Under the pieces are notes generated by a model that saw only the letters and a program-made list of their open reading frames with translations, did not search any database and was not told the DNA's origin. The translations under genes and the position numbers were made by a program. Shown here in pieces: positions 19,727 to 29,014 of a stretch of DNA of 64,000 nt (position 1 is the first letter of the stretch; each line of letters starts with the position of its first letter). Origin of the DNA: an uncultured bacterium. GTDB lineage: Bacteria > Chloroflexota > UBA5177 > JANWHV01. The stretch is from contig CAVSOU010000011.1 in NCBI GenBank assembly GCA_963729625.1, positions 832,001 through 896,000 of the forward strand. Reading direction: 5' to 3'.

Positions 19727-21373
19727 GTGTGGCCTGCCCGAGGTAGCCGAGCCTGCCTGGCGGTGGGCGACCACAGCCACTGTCCTGACCAGCCAGACGG
19801 GGGCGTCACCTGGCGCCGCCGTGCTCCCGGCCGCCGCGGGCTCCTGCTCTCCGGTGACCTGCCCGAGCAGCACGCTCTGCCTGGCCGAGGGGAGCCATGG
19901 CATTTCCTGGCAAGCAGGGATGGCGGCGCGAGCTGGAGCAGACGGGACGCCGCGGGCTACGCAGCTTTCGCGGTGTCGCCTGCCTACGCGCGAGCTCTGT
20001 CTGGCGCTGGACGCCGCGGCGACAGTGTCCTGCTCAGCACGATGAGGGCGTGACCTGGCGCAGGCGGCGACCGGTCCCGGCTTCGGCGGCTTGAGCGTCG
20101 TCTGCTGGGCGCCACCACGCGAACTGCCTGGCCGCGGTCCCCGGCGGCGGCATCGTGGCCACCACGGACGCCGGACGCACGTGGCAAAGCCGTCCCTCCC
20201 AGACGTCAATGGGTCACTGGTTAGACGTGGCGTGCTCGGCCACAGGCGCCTGCGTGGCCGTGGGCAGCCTTGGCGCGATGGTGGCCAGTGCCGACGGCGG
20301 GGCACCTGGACCGTCCAGTCTTCCGGCACCGACAACCTGCTCAACGCCATCGCCTGCCCGAGTGCTGGGCGGTGCCTGGCGGTCGGTCGCTACGGCACGA
20401 TTCTGGCGGGCAGCCCGGCGCAGGCGACCTGGGCGGCGGGAACACCTTCGCCATCCCCAACACGCGCCCCGACGCCGGTGCCAACGGGCACCCCTGAGCC
20501 GGCACCGGCGACGCAGTGGCACGCGCGCCGGTCGGGCGCTACGACCGACCTCTATGCCATCACCTGCCCGACCAGCACGATGTGCCTGGCGGGCGGGGGC
20601 GCTCCAGTAACGTCCTGGTCAGCGCCGATGCCGGAGCCACCTGGCACGCCAGCTCGTCGTCGCGAACGTGACCGGGCTCGCCTGTCCCGCCCGCAATTTC
20701 TGCCTCGCCGGGCGGGTGAGGACGAGTCTCAAGCTCCGGGACGCGGCGCCTGGCGGGCCGTCGCTCGAAGTCTTTCATCGACCTCTCGAGCATCGCCTGC
20801 GCCACGAGCAGCACCTGCGTGACGGTCGGTGAGCGAGGCGCTAGTGATATCCGCCGCGCCGCCGGCCACTGGAACTCGCAGGGCAGCCGCCCGGCCGCCA
20901 CAACCGCCGACCTGCTCGGCGTCGCCTGTCCCAGCAGCAGTCTCTGCCTGGCGGTCGGCCAGGCGGGCACGATTCTCGGCAGCCTGGACGGGGCCTCAGC
21001 TGGGACGAGCCGGCCCTCGGGCACCGCCAACTTCCTGTACGGCATCACCTGCTCGACCGCCAGCATCTGCGTGGCCGTGGGCTCGCGCGGCACCATCCTG
21101 ACCACCGCCGACGGCGGCGCCACCTGGTACACCCGCTCCTCCGGCACGACGAACGCCCTGGCCGGCGTCGCCTGCTCCACCGCCGGGGCCTGCCTGGCGG
21201 TCGGCGAGTATGGGACTATCCTCGCCAGCGGCGACGGCGGGGTTACCTGGACCGCCCGACCCTCGGGCACCACCGCCTTTCTGAATGCCGTCACCTGCCC
21301 CAGCGCGGCGGTGTGTCTGGCCGTGGGGCAGAACGGCACCATCCTGGCCAGCACCGACGGGATAACCGGATGA
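19727..21373 (+). pseudogene. Frameshifted continuation of the BNR-repeat gene
   Basis: The same repeat unit is readable in changing frames from about 19727 to 20900, with a Pro/Thr linker at about 20440-20510 and clean repeats again from about 20910 to 21373. Confidence 0.8.
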
Positions 21374-21932
21374 CCTGACACTCCACCGTATGGAGGCAAT
21401 GGGGGCGCTATGGGAGCGGCATTGGACGAGCCACGCGAGCCTCGCCTCGCGGAAGGTCTCCCGGCGAGTGGGCGCCGTGATGCAATAGCTGCATCCGCCG
21501 CGGTATGCATGCCATCTCATTGGTCTCCTGCCATGCCCATCATGTCGCGTCGCACCATGACCCACGTGCCCCCAGCGCAGCTCGCCGCGCCCAGCACTGC
21601 ATGGCGGACACGCCGGCTCCTTCCTGGATACCGGCTGGCCGGCAGTGACTTGAGGGAAGTCGCACCTGCTGTCCACTCGTCGCTGGCAGGCGACACCTGC
21701 GCTGCCGCCGCGGCCGGAGCGGCACACTGGCCTCAACCGCATGCCGATTTGCGCGGCCGACGGGAGGCTTTGGCCAGGAATGGCCACGGCGGGCACAGGC
21801 GTACTACCATGCTGCCTGGCGGACCCATCCGTGACCGCCGGTCGATCCAGGTTCCGTGCCTATCGCGCCACTACCCGACCGCTCGTGGCGGCCAATGTCG
21901 CTGTGCTGTGAAGGAATTGGAGCGTGCGCCGT

Positions 21933-22631
21933 ATGGTCAACCTGCTTGCCAATCGCCCGTGGAGGCAAGCGTGCCTCCGCCTGGTGCCCTTCTCGCTCAT
22001 CCTTTCCGGCATTCTGGCGCCCGCCGCGACGCCATCCCGCGCTACAACCGCGACTGCCGCAGCCGCGGGGTCGGACACCTTCGCCGGCTCCAGCCTGGAC
22101 ACCTCCAAGTGGAACTACACCAACGGCAGCGCCGCCGTCACCGTCAACAACGGGCTGACCATCACCGAGGCAGCGGGAGACAGCAACCAGAACTAAGGCA
22201 TCAGCTCCAAGACCACGTTTGGCGCCGGCTACCTCACCGCCGCCTACGCCGCCGACACCCTGGGCACCTCCGCCTATTGGAACGGCATCTACGACCGCTT
22301 CAGTTGGGGCCAGTACATCGACCACTGGTTCAACAATGCCGGCAACTTCTTTTCCGACTCCACCACGAACTGCTGCCAGGGAACGACGGAAGGGGCGGGC
22401 GACAGCAACCAGCACACGTTCCAGATCGCCCGGTCCTCGACGGGCCAGCCCTACTACTGGCTGGACTCCTACTCCACCACCAACACGGACCCGACCGAAC
22501 GCAACACCAACGCGCTCAGCGTGGTGCTGACGGTGTCCAACAGCACGAGCACGGTAGCCATCCCCGACGTGATGACCGCCGCCTGGGTCAAGGTGCGTCC
22601 CTGGATTCCAACCGAGCCGGGGGTGAGCTAG
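21933..22631 (+). pseudogene. Secreted beta-rich protein interrupted by one in-frame TAA
   Basis: Signal peptide plus DTFAGSSLDTSKW; TAA at 22194-22196; the same frame continues 144 codons to WVKVRPWIPTEPGVS-TAG (22631). Confidence 0.7.
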
Positions 22632-23033
22632 CGTCGATGCGGACGTCACGATGCCGAAGCACCTGGAACTCGGCATCGTGACGCCGCGGCACGGGCAACG
22701 ATAACGACACGTGCCCCGGCGAGGCCCGGCGGGCGGGCAATGAAGCCGCGGTCCAGCAGGACGCGCCGATGCTGGCCGCCCACGGTGTACCAAATGTGAC
22801 CGGCGGATTGTTGTTATCCCAGCCACGCCCCCAGTGTTTGAGGTGGGGACTGTGCCGGGAGATCCGATCAGAGCCGGCGCTCACGGCATCTTGTACCCGG
22901 AGATTGTCCCTCCGCATCCCGGGGTGGGTCCGCTAGAGCGGCCGTGAGGTGCCGACATCTCCTCCGCGACCTGGCCGGTCTCCGCCGGAGTCATGGCGTG
23001 CTGCAGCCCGTGCGAGCGCGGCGAATCATCGCG

Positions 23034-24014
23034 TCAGGGCACGCGTAGCACGATCTTGCCGATGTTGGCATTCGATTGCATGTACCGGTGCGCCTCCGGC
23101 GCCTCCGCCAGGCTATACACCCTATCCACGATGGAGCGGAGCCGTCCGTCCGCAAATCGTTGCAGGGCAAAGCCCTTGAATTGCTCGACGAGCGCCACTT
23201 TCTCCACGAGCGGGAGCGGACGCAGCACGGTGCCGATGACTCGCACCCGCTTGGCCTGCAGCGCGCCAATGTTGAGAGCGACCGATGTCCCTCCGAGCGC
23301 GCTGACCAGAATCAACCGCCCTGCCGTGGCAAGACAGGCAATATTTTGCTCCCAGTACGGCGCACCAACCATGTCCAGAATCACATCCACGCCGCGACCG
23401 CCGGTTGCCTCTCTCACCAGGGGCTCGAACGGACCGTCGTGATAGTTTATGGCGGTGATGGCGCCAAGCTCGCGACATCTCGCGGCCTTCACGCCGGAGC
23501 CCACGGTGACGATGGCCTGCGCCCCACTCTCACGCACGAGCTGGATCGCCGCCGTTCCCACGCCGCTGGCGCCGGCATGAATGAGGGCGAAGGCGCCGGG
23601 CGCCAGACCGCCAAGCATGAACAGATTGAGGTATGCGGTGAGGAAGGCCTCGGGAATGCCGGCTGCTTCTTCATACGTGAGGTTTGCCGGGAGAGGAACG
23701 GCCATCGCCGCCGGGAAGGCCACCAATTCGGCGTAGCCCCCGCCCAGCAGCAGCGCGCAAACGCGATCGCCGCGAGACCAGCCGGCTACGCCGTCTCCCC
23801 ACCCGACGACCTCACCGGCCATTTCCACACCAAGCGTTGCGGGCGCGCCGGGCGGCACCGGATAGCGGCCTTCACGCTGGGCCAGATCCAGCCGATTCAG
23901 CGCCGTGGCACGGACGCGGGCCAACAGCTCGCCGGGTCCAGGAATCGGGTCGGGCAGCTCGCCCAGCCGTAGCACGTCCGGCCCACCCGGGTGCTCGATG
24001 ACGATCGCACGCAT
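23034..24014 (-). CDS. NAD(P)H-quinone oxidoreductase (PIG3/zeta-crystallin family)
   Basis: ALNRLDLAQREGRY, IPEAFLTAY, IHAGASGVGTAAIQL and NIGKIVL; GAAGGGAG RBS. Confidence 0.95.
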   Translation of the reverse strand: MRAIVIEHPGGPDVLRLGELPDPIPGPGELLARVRATALNRLDLAQREGRYPVPPGAPATLGVEMAGEVVGWGDGVAGWSRGDRVCALLLGGGYAELVAFPAAMAVPLPANLTYEEAAGIPEAFLTAYLNLFMLGGLAPGAFALIHAGASGVGTAAIQLVRESGAQAIVTVGSGVKAARCRELGAITAINYHDGPFEPLVREATGGRGVDVILDMVGAPYWEQNIACLATAGRLILVSALGGTSVALNIGALQAKRVRVIGTVLRPLPLVEKVALVEQFKGFALQRFADGRLRSIVDRVYSLAEAPEAHRYMQSNANIGKIVLRVP

Positions 24015-24343
24015 GTCGTCACTCCCTTCGATCTTTGTGGTTGTCGCTGCCTGTTGGCGCCCGGCCGACCTCTGCGCAACGGACCCTCTCGCCTGTGCGG
24101 CCGGGTAGAGCGCGTGCGTTTCGAACAGCACACGTTCGATGCAACGGTACCGCACTCGCTGAACAAGTCAACAGAAGCCTGCCACACCCAAGGGGTTTGC
24201 CAATGATGTTTCCCAAGACGAAGCTACTGTTGCACAAGCAGCCTGAGCCTCACCAGAGTGCAACGGCGGTGACGCGGTGCAAGGAATGGGCAAGATCGGC
24301 GTTGTATGCTGGCCCCATGAACTGATGCCGGAGCAGAAGAGGA

Positions 24344-26539
24344 ATGACGACAATGACGCTCATTCGCCGGGGCGCGCATGCCAACCGCCGTGTTCTCGTT
24401 GCGCTCGCGCTTGCTCTGCTTGCGCCCCTGCTGGCGCCAACGGCGGCGGAAGGCCCGCCGGCGCCGGCGCGTGCCGCCGAGGCCCACATGGTCTGGCGAC
24501 TTGATCAGCGCAGCTTCGACCCCTCCAGTGGCCGCGATACGATCGCGCAGACTTTCACTCCCACCTCTCAGTACTACCTTGTCCAGGTCGCGCTCAGCAG
24601 CAGCGATCCGCAAGACGAGATCTTCGTGCAGCTCGGCGACAACGACTACGATTACACCCAGGTGCAGAGCGGCGAGCAACGGTTCTTCGCGGCAACCCAT
24701 TTGCGCGCGGGAGCCATGCCTGCACTGCGCGCGATCGCCGATCCGAAGCACGACTACGGTGGGCGCACGCTTACCTATGCCGTGCGTGTGTTCTCCGCAC
24801 TCGACGTACCCCAATCATTGAGCGGAACGGCAGCCAGTGCCGTGCCGAATTATCTCCTGTTCCAGATAGCCCAGGCGGCTACCTATACGATCCACTATCA
24901 TCTGGCGTCGGGAAGCGCCGTGCTTGCGGTGGCTAACGGCAGTCAGACCAAGAAGAGCGGAAAGCTCACCGGCGATGGAGGCTTCAGCGTCGATCTGACG
25001 GCCGGACCCATGCTCGCCGAGCTCCAGCAGGTCCCTGGCAGCACCGCCATGGACTGGACTATTGTGGTGGGAATCGCGCCGGCAGCGCACGACTTCCAGC
25101 CCGCAAACAATGCCAGCCTCAAGCTGGCTCCCGAAACGGTCTCCGTCGTTACCGACCCGGGGGCCGGCCTGCTGCTGGACAGGCGGGTAGTTGCCGGCAG
25201 CTATGATGCCTCGACCAGGCGCCTGACCTACCGCCCGGCCAGGCCGCTGGCGCCCGGACTCCACTTGCTCGAGGTCATGAGCGCCGATGGCATGCCCGCC
25301 ACACGGCACGCAGAATTCCTCGTGCTGCCGCCGACCACCGTCCAGCCGCCGAGCCACCCTGCCGGGACCGTGGACGGGCAGGCCTGGGTGCGCACGAGCA
25401 CACCGGACGGTCGCTACGGGATGCTCATGCCGGAGTCATGGCAGATGGCCGGCGCCAACGGCACGGTCGTGCTGGCCGACAAGAACGGCGCGGCGTTCGC
25501 GATCCTCAACGAGCGTTTCTTGAGCACGGTCGTCGACGCATCGGAGCTCGCGCACAAAGTCGTGTCCCTGCTGCCATCGGTTTTCAAGCATCTCAAGGCA
25601 AGCGGCTCGCCCACATACGCGGGCAACGCGAACGGCGCCACGTTCTCGATGACCGTCACCACGCCGACGGGCAGCAGGATGACGCTGATCGGCTCCGTGC
25701 TGCCCTCGCCAAAGCAGTTCAGCCTGCTACTGGCCTTCGGCTTCGCCGACCCGCAGCAACCTGCAAGCGTCAAGCAGCTCAGCCGCGTGCTATCGTCTCT
25801 TGCCGCGCACGACGAGGCCGGCGTGCGAGCGGCCCGATTCTGGTCGCGCTTCGCACAGCCCGGCCTCCACCTGGATTACCCGTCGGATTGGGCGGCCGAT
25901 TTCACATCCCCAAACGTTACCTGGATTGCCGGGCCGCGGGATCAGGCAGTGATGATCGCCATCGGCTCGGAGTACGATGGTCCCGCCAACCCGTCCAATG
26001 CCGGACGGCTTGGGCAGCAGGTTCTTACCTACATCAAGAGCAATCTGCACGCGAACCTCGAGATATTGGCGAACCAGAGCGCGAATGGTGTGTACCGCTG
26101 GCTCGGCCGCTACACGAGTAAGGACGGCCGGACTGACTACGTCGAGGTTGGCCAGGCGGTGGTGGCTAATGGCCATCTCGAGAGCCTCTGGGGCGACACG
26201 AGTGTCGACCAGTTGCCGGCCAACCTGCCTGTGTTCGAGCGTTGCCTGGACAGCGCGGCTCTCTATGCGAAGGTAAAGCCGTCGCAAAGCTTCACTGTCG
26301 TATCCACAGTTCAGGCGCTCCGGGCCAACAGCCCGCAGCCAGCCTCCATAGGCCAGGGACAGACAGGAACCAGCGGCCAAACCACCGCCTCGGATTACAA
26401 GAAGGTGATGCAGCAATCGCGAACGCAGTACATTGGCTTCTCAAACTTGATGGAAACGGCCTGGAGCGGCGCTATGAACGACATCAGCGCGATGGCGGGA
26501 AGTGGCGACTACTACATGCCCGACTACTCCAACTATTAG
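24344..26539 (+). CDS. Secreted multidomain hypothetical protein (beta-sandwich N-terminal part, two PsbP-like segments)
   Basis: Signal peptide; YGMLMPESWQ and LHLDYPSDWAA resemble starts of PsbP/DUF1795-like domains; 731 aa with strong coding bias. Confidence 0.75.
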   Translation: MTTMTLIRRGAHANRRVLVALALALLAPLLAPTAAEGPPAPARAAEAHMVWRLDQRSFDPSSGRDTIAQTFTPTSQYYLVQVALSSSDPQDEIFVQLGDNDYDYTQVQSGEQRFFAATHLRAGAMPALRAIADPKHDYGGRTLTYAVRVFSALDVPQSLSGTAASAVPNYLLFQIAQAATYTIHYHLASGSAVLAVANGSQTKKSGKLTGDGGFSVDLTAGPMLAELQQVPGSTAMDWTIVVGIAPAAHDFQPANNASLKLAPETVSVVTDPGAGLLLDRRVVAGSYDASTRRLTYRPARPLAPGLHLLEVMSADGMPATRHAEFLVLPPTTVQPPSHPAGTVDGQAWVRTSTPDGRYGMLMPESWQMAGANGTVVLADKNGAAFAILNERFLSTVVDASELAHKVVSLLPSVFKHLKASGSPTYAGNANGATFSMTVTTPTGSRMTLIGSVLPSPKQFSLLLAFGFADPQQPASVKQLSRVLSSLAAHDEAGVRAARFWSRFAQPGLHLDYPSDWAADFTSPNVTWIAGPRDQAVMIAIGSEYDGPANPSNAGRLGQQVLTYIKSNLHANLEILANQSANGVYRWLGRYTSKDGRTDYVEVGQAVVANGHLESLWGDTSVDQLPANLPVFERCLDSAALYAKVKPSQSFTVVSTVQALRANSPQPASIGQGQTGTSGQTTASDYKKVMQQSRTQYIGFSNLMETAWSGAMNDISAMAGSGDYYMPDYSNY

Positions 26540-26557
26540 GGCATTGGCCACAAGTTA

Positions 26558-29014
26558 CTACCGCTTGACCAGGCTCGCGCAACTATACAGTTGTTGGCCG
26601 CCTCCTCTGCCGAAACCGCCGGAGTTGCTCGTCGTGGTCTGCCACTGGCTGGACGGCACCGCCGTGCAGTGCGCCCGCACCCATTGTGTCAGGTCGCCGG
26701 TGGCATCGGTGCTGCCGGTAAGCTGGCTCGACGTGATTGCGCTCTGGCCCGTATTGGCCTGCGTGAACTGACTATCGCCGCCGCCGGCCGGAATGTAGAA
26801 GTAGCGCACGGTGTTGCTGGCTACTGCCTGTGCCAGCTGGGCCGGTGTGAGAATGCGATCCCAACCCTGATAGCCGCCAAGGGCCATCGCCGGCTGGTTT
26901 GTCTGCAGGATGAACAGGCTCGCATACGACGAGCTGGTAGTCGCCACGAGGAACTTCGCTCCACGCTGGTTGGCGATCAGGTAGTTGATGAGCTTGGCGT
27001 CCAGAGTCGGTATTTGGTCGCCCGCGAAGGTCATGGCGCCGCCGCTTCCACCACCAAAGCCGCCTCCGCGCCCGGAGCCGAAGCCGCCTCCGCCCAGGAA
27101 CTGCCGCTGCGATCCGCCCTGGCCGAGAGCGAAGCCATTGCCTCCAGCAGTTGTCTGCGTCTGCCCGCCCGGTGCGCTCCCTCCGCCCGTGGCCTGCTGG
27201 GCACTGCCGGGAATCTTGCCCACACTGCCGCCGGAACTCTGGCCTGGCCTGGAGAAGCCCCCCGCTTGGCCGTTGAAGCCCTGCCCCGACACATTCGAAC
27301 CGCCCGACTGACCGCTGAAGCCCTGTCCAGGCTGGGCGAATCTGCGGTTTTGGCCGCCGAAGCCCTGGCCGAATCCGTTGCGCGCGCCCCCGAACGCGCC
27401 TCCTCCGCCAGCCGTCGCGCCCCCGCCGGGACCCGCTTGAGGCAGCCAGGCGCTCCCATCTCCATCCGCCACCGATTGTGCCGACCAGGCCGCGGGCGCG
27501 GCGGCCAGGACCAGCAGCGCCAGAGCAACCGCCGTGCCGGCCCAGATCCGCGTCCCTTCCAACACGACGCCCGGCGCTACCTGCACGTGTACGCGCAGCA
27601 ACGCGAGCGTGAGTGCCAGCGCTGCCACGACCGAACCGGCGATAAGCACGGGCTGCAGCCAGCCGCCCCAGTCCGGATACGCCTGCAAGATCTGGAACTG
27701 CAGATAGGCCGTGGCCAGCAACGCGGCCGGCAGCAGCCAGGCGACCAGGCGGTTGAGGCCTCGCCCGTCAAATGCGCCGCGAGCATAAAGCCGCCAGAGC
27801 GATGCCACGCCGATCCCGGCCAGCACGGCCGCGGGCGGCGCCAGCATCACGAGATAGTAGAGGTGGTAGAAGCGGCCGGTGCTGAAAAAGATGCTGGCCG
27901 CGGCGAGCCAACCTGCCCACAGCACAACCGACTGGCCGCGCTCGTCGAGCGGCAGACGCCAGCGAAGTCCGATCAATGCGGCGACCAGGCCGATGAGTGC
28001 AAGCGGCAGGAACCAGCTTGCCTGTTCGGCTATGACAGGAGTCACGAGCCTCAGAATGCTCGGGTTGCCGATCTCCGGCGCGAACGCCGGCACGACATTG
28101 AGGTCGATTGTAATGCCGAAGATGTGCACGCCCGATAGTCCGGAGAACAGCGCCTGCGTCACCCGCCCCAACCCGTTGTAGCCCAGGGCGAGACTGAGCG
28201 CCGAGTTCGTGCCGCTGTCGCTGACGAACGGTCGCGATCCGGCGGGCGTCATGTCGACGGCCACCAACCAGGCCAGCGAGACGATCAGCAGGGCCAGCAG
28301 CGCGCAGGCAAGGTGGGCGATGCGCGCTTTCCAGGTGCGTGGCGCTCCCAGCAGGTACATGAGCGCGAGAGCGGGCACCACGAGATAGGCCTGCATCATC
28401 TTGATGTTGAAGCCGAATCCCACCAGCACCGCGCTCAGCAGAAGAAACCGCAACTGTCCGCGCTGTGTTGCCTCGATCGCCGCCCAGGCTGCGAGCAGCA
28501 GCGTAAGGATCAGGAGGCTGTCGATCGTGTTATTGCGATCGGTAATCGCGGTGATGGGGGTGATGGCCAGTGCCAGCGCGGCGACGAGGCCGGCAACCGG
28601 ACCAAATGGGCGAGCCACGAGCAGGTAAAGCAAACCCACCGACAGCACGCCGGCCAGCGCTTCGGGCACAAGCATGCTGATGCCACTGAACCCGAACAGT
28701 TTAGCGCTGGCCACCTCGACCCACAGACCCAGCGGCGGCTTGTCCACGCTGACGAATCCGCCGGCGTCGAAGGACGCATAGAAGAAGTTATGCCAGCTGG
28801 TCAGCATGCTCTTGACGGCAGCCGCGTAGTACGAGTTCGCATAGCCTTCGCCCGAAAGGCCTATGAACTCCAGCGACGCTGCCAGCACCAGGATCGGCGC
28901 CAGGGCCGCGCGCGGCCACCAGAGAGGCAGGCCGCGCCGCTGCGACGTTGCCTCCAGGCCTTCAACTGATTGGCTGCCGGCGAGCGGAAGATCCTCCACG
29001 GCGATCGTAGCCAT
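26558..29014 (-). CDS. GT39/ArnT-PMT family membrane glycosyltransferase (YkcB-like), copy 2
   Basis: NSYYAAAVKSM..SWHNFFYASFD..GFVSVDKPP, RNNTIDS, FNIKMMQA and GYNGLGR; Gly-rich insert; C-terminal MALGGY domain. Confidence 0.92.
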   Translation of the reverse strand: MATIAVEDLPLAGSQSVEGLEATSQRRGLPLWWPRAALAPILVLAASLEFIGLSGEGYANSYYAAAVKSMLTSWHNFFYASFDAGGFVSVDKPPLGLWVEVASAKLFGFSGISMLVPEALAGVLSVGLLYLLVARPFGPVAGLVAALALAITPITAITDRNNTIDSLLILTLLLAAWAAIEATQRGQLRFLLLSAVLVGFGFNIKMMQAYLVVPALALMYLLGAPRTWKARIAHLACALLALLIVSLAWLVAVDMTPAGSRPFVSDSGTNSALSLALGYNGLGRVTQALFSGLSGVHIFGITIDLNVVPAFAPEIGNPSILRLVTPVIAEQASWFLPLALIGLVAALIGLRWRLPLDERGQSVVLWAGWLAAASIFFSTGRFYHLYYLVMLAPPAAVLAGIGVASLWRLYARGAFDGRGLNRLVAWLLPAALLATAYLQFQILQAYPDWGGWLQPVLIAGSVVAALALTLALLRVHVQVAPGVVLEGTRIWAGTAVALALLVLAAAPAAWSAQSVADGDGSAWLPQAGPGGGATAGGGGAFGGARNGFGQGFGGQNRRFAQPGQGFSGQSGGSNVSGQGFNGQAGGFSRPGQSSGGSVGKIPGSAQQATGGGSAPGGQTQTTAGGNGFALGQGGSQRQFLGGGGFGSGRGGGFGGGSGGAMTFAGDQIPTLDAKLINYLIANQRGAKFLVATTSSSYASLFILQTNQPAMALGGYQGWDRILTPAQLAQAVASNTVRYFYIPAGGGDSQFTQANTGQSAITSSQLTGSTDATGDLTQWVRAHCTAVPSSQWQTTTSNSGGFGRGGGQQLYSCASLVKR

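Noticed and set aside
18650-21373. Possible CRISPR or nucleotide tandem array
   Set aside because: The repeats are degenerate, roughly 130 nt long and follow a protein repeat; there are no identical repeats with unique spacers and no cas genes.
22194-22196. Programmed stop-codon readthrough (Sec/Pyl)
   Set aside because: The codon is TAA, not TGA or TAG. A point mutation from TAC or a sequencing error is simpler.
21410-22681. 423-aa plus-strand ORF and 340-aa minus-strand ORF over the split secreted gene
   Set aside because: Arg/His-rich shadow frames; the protein-like frame is 21933-22631.
26591-28138. Long antisense ORFs (this one, 46902-48548, 4772-5800, 39443-40621 and similar)
   Set aside because: These are expected shadows of high-GC coding strands and carry no motifs.
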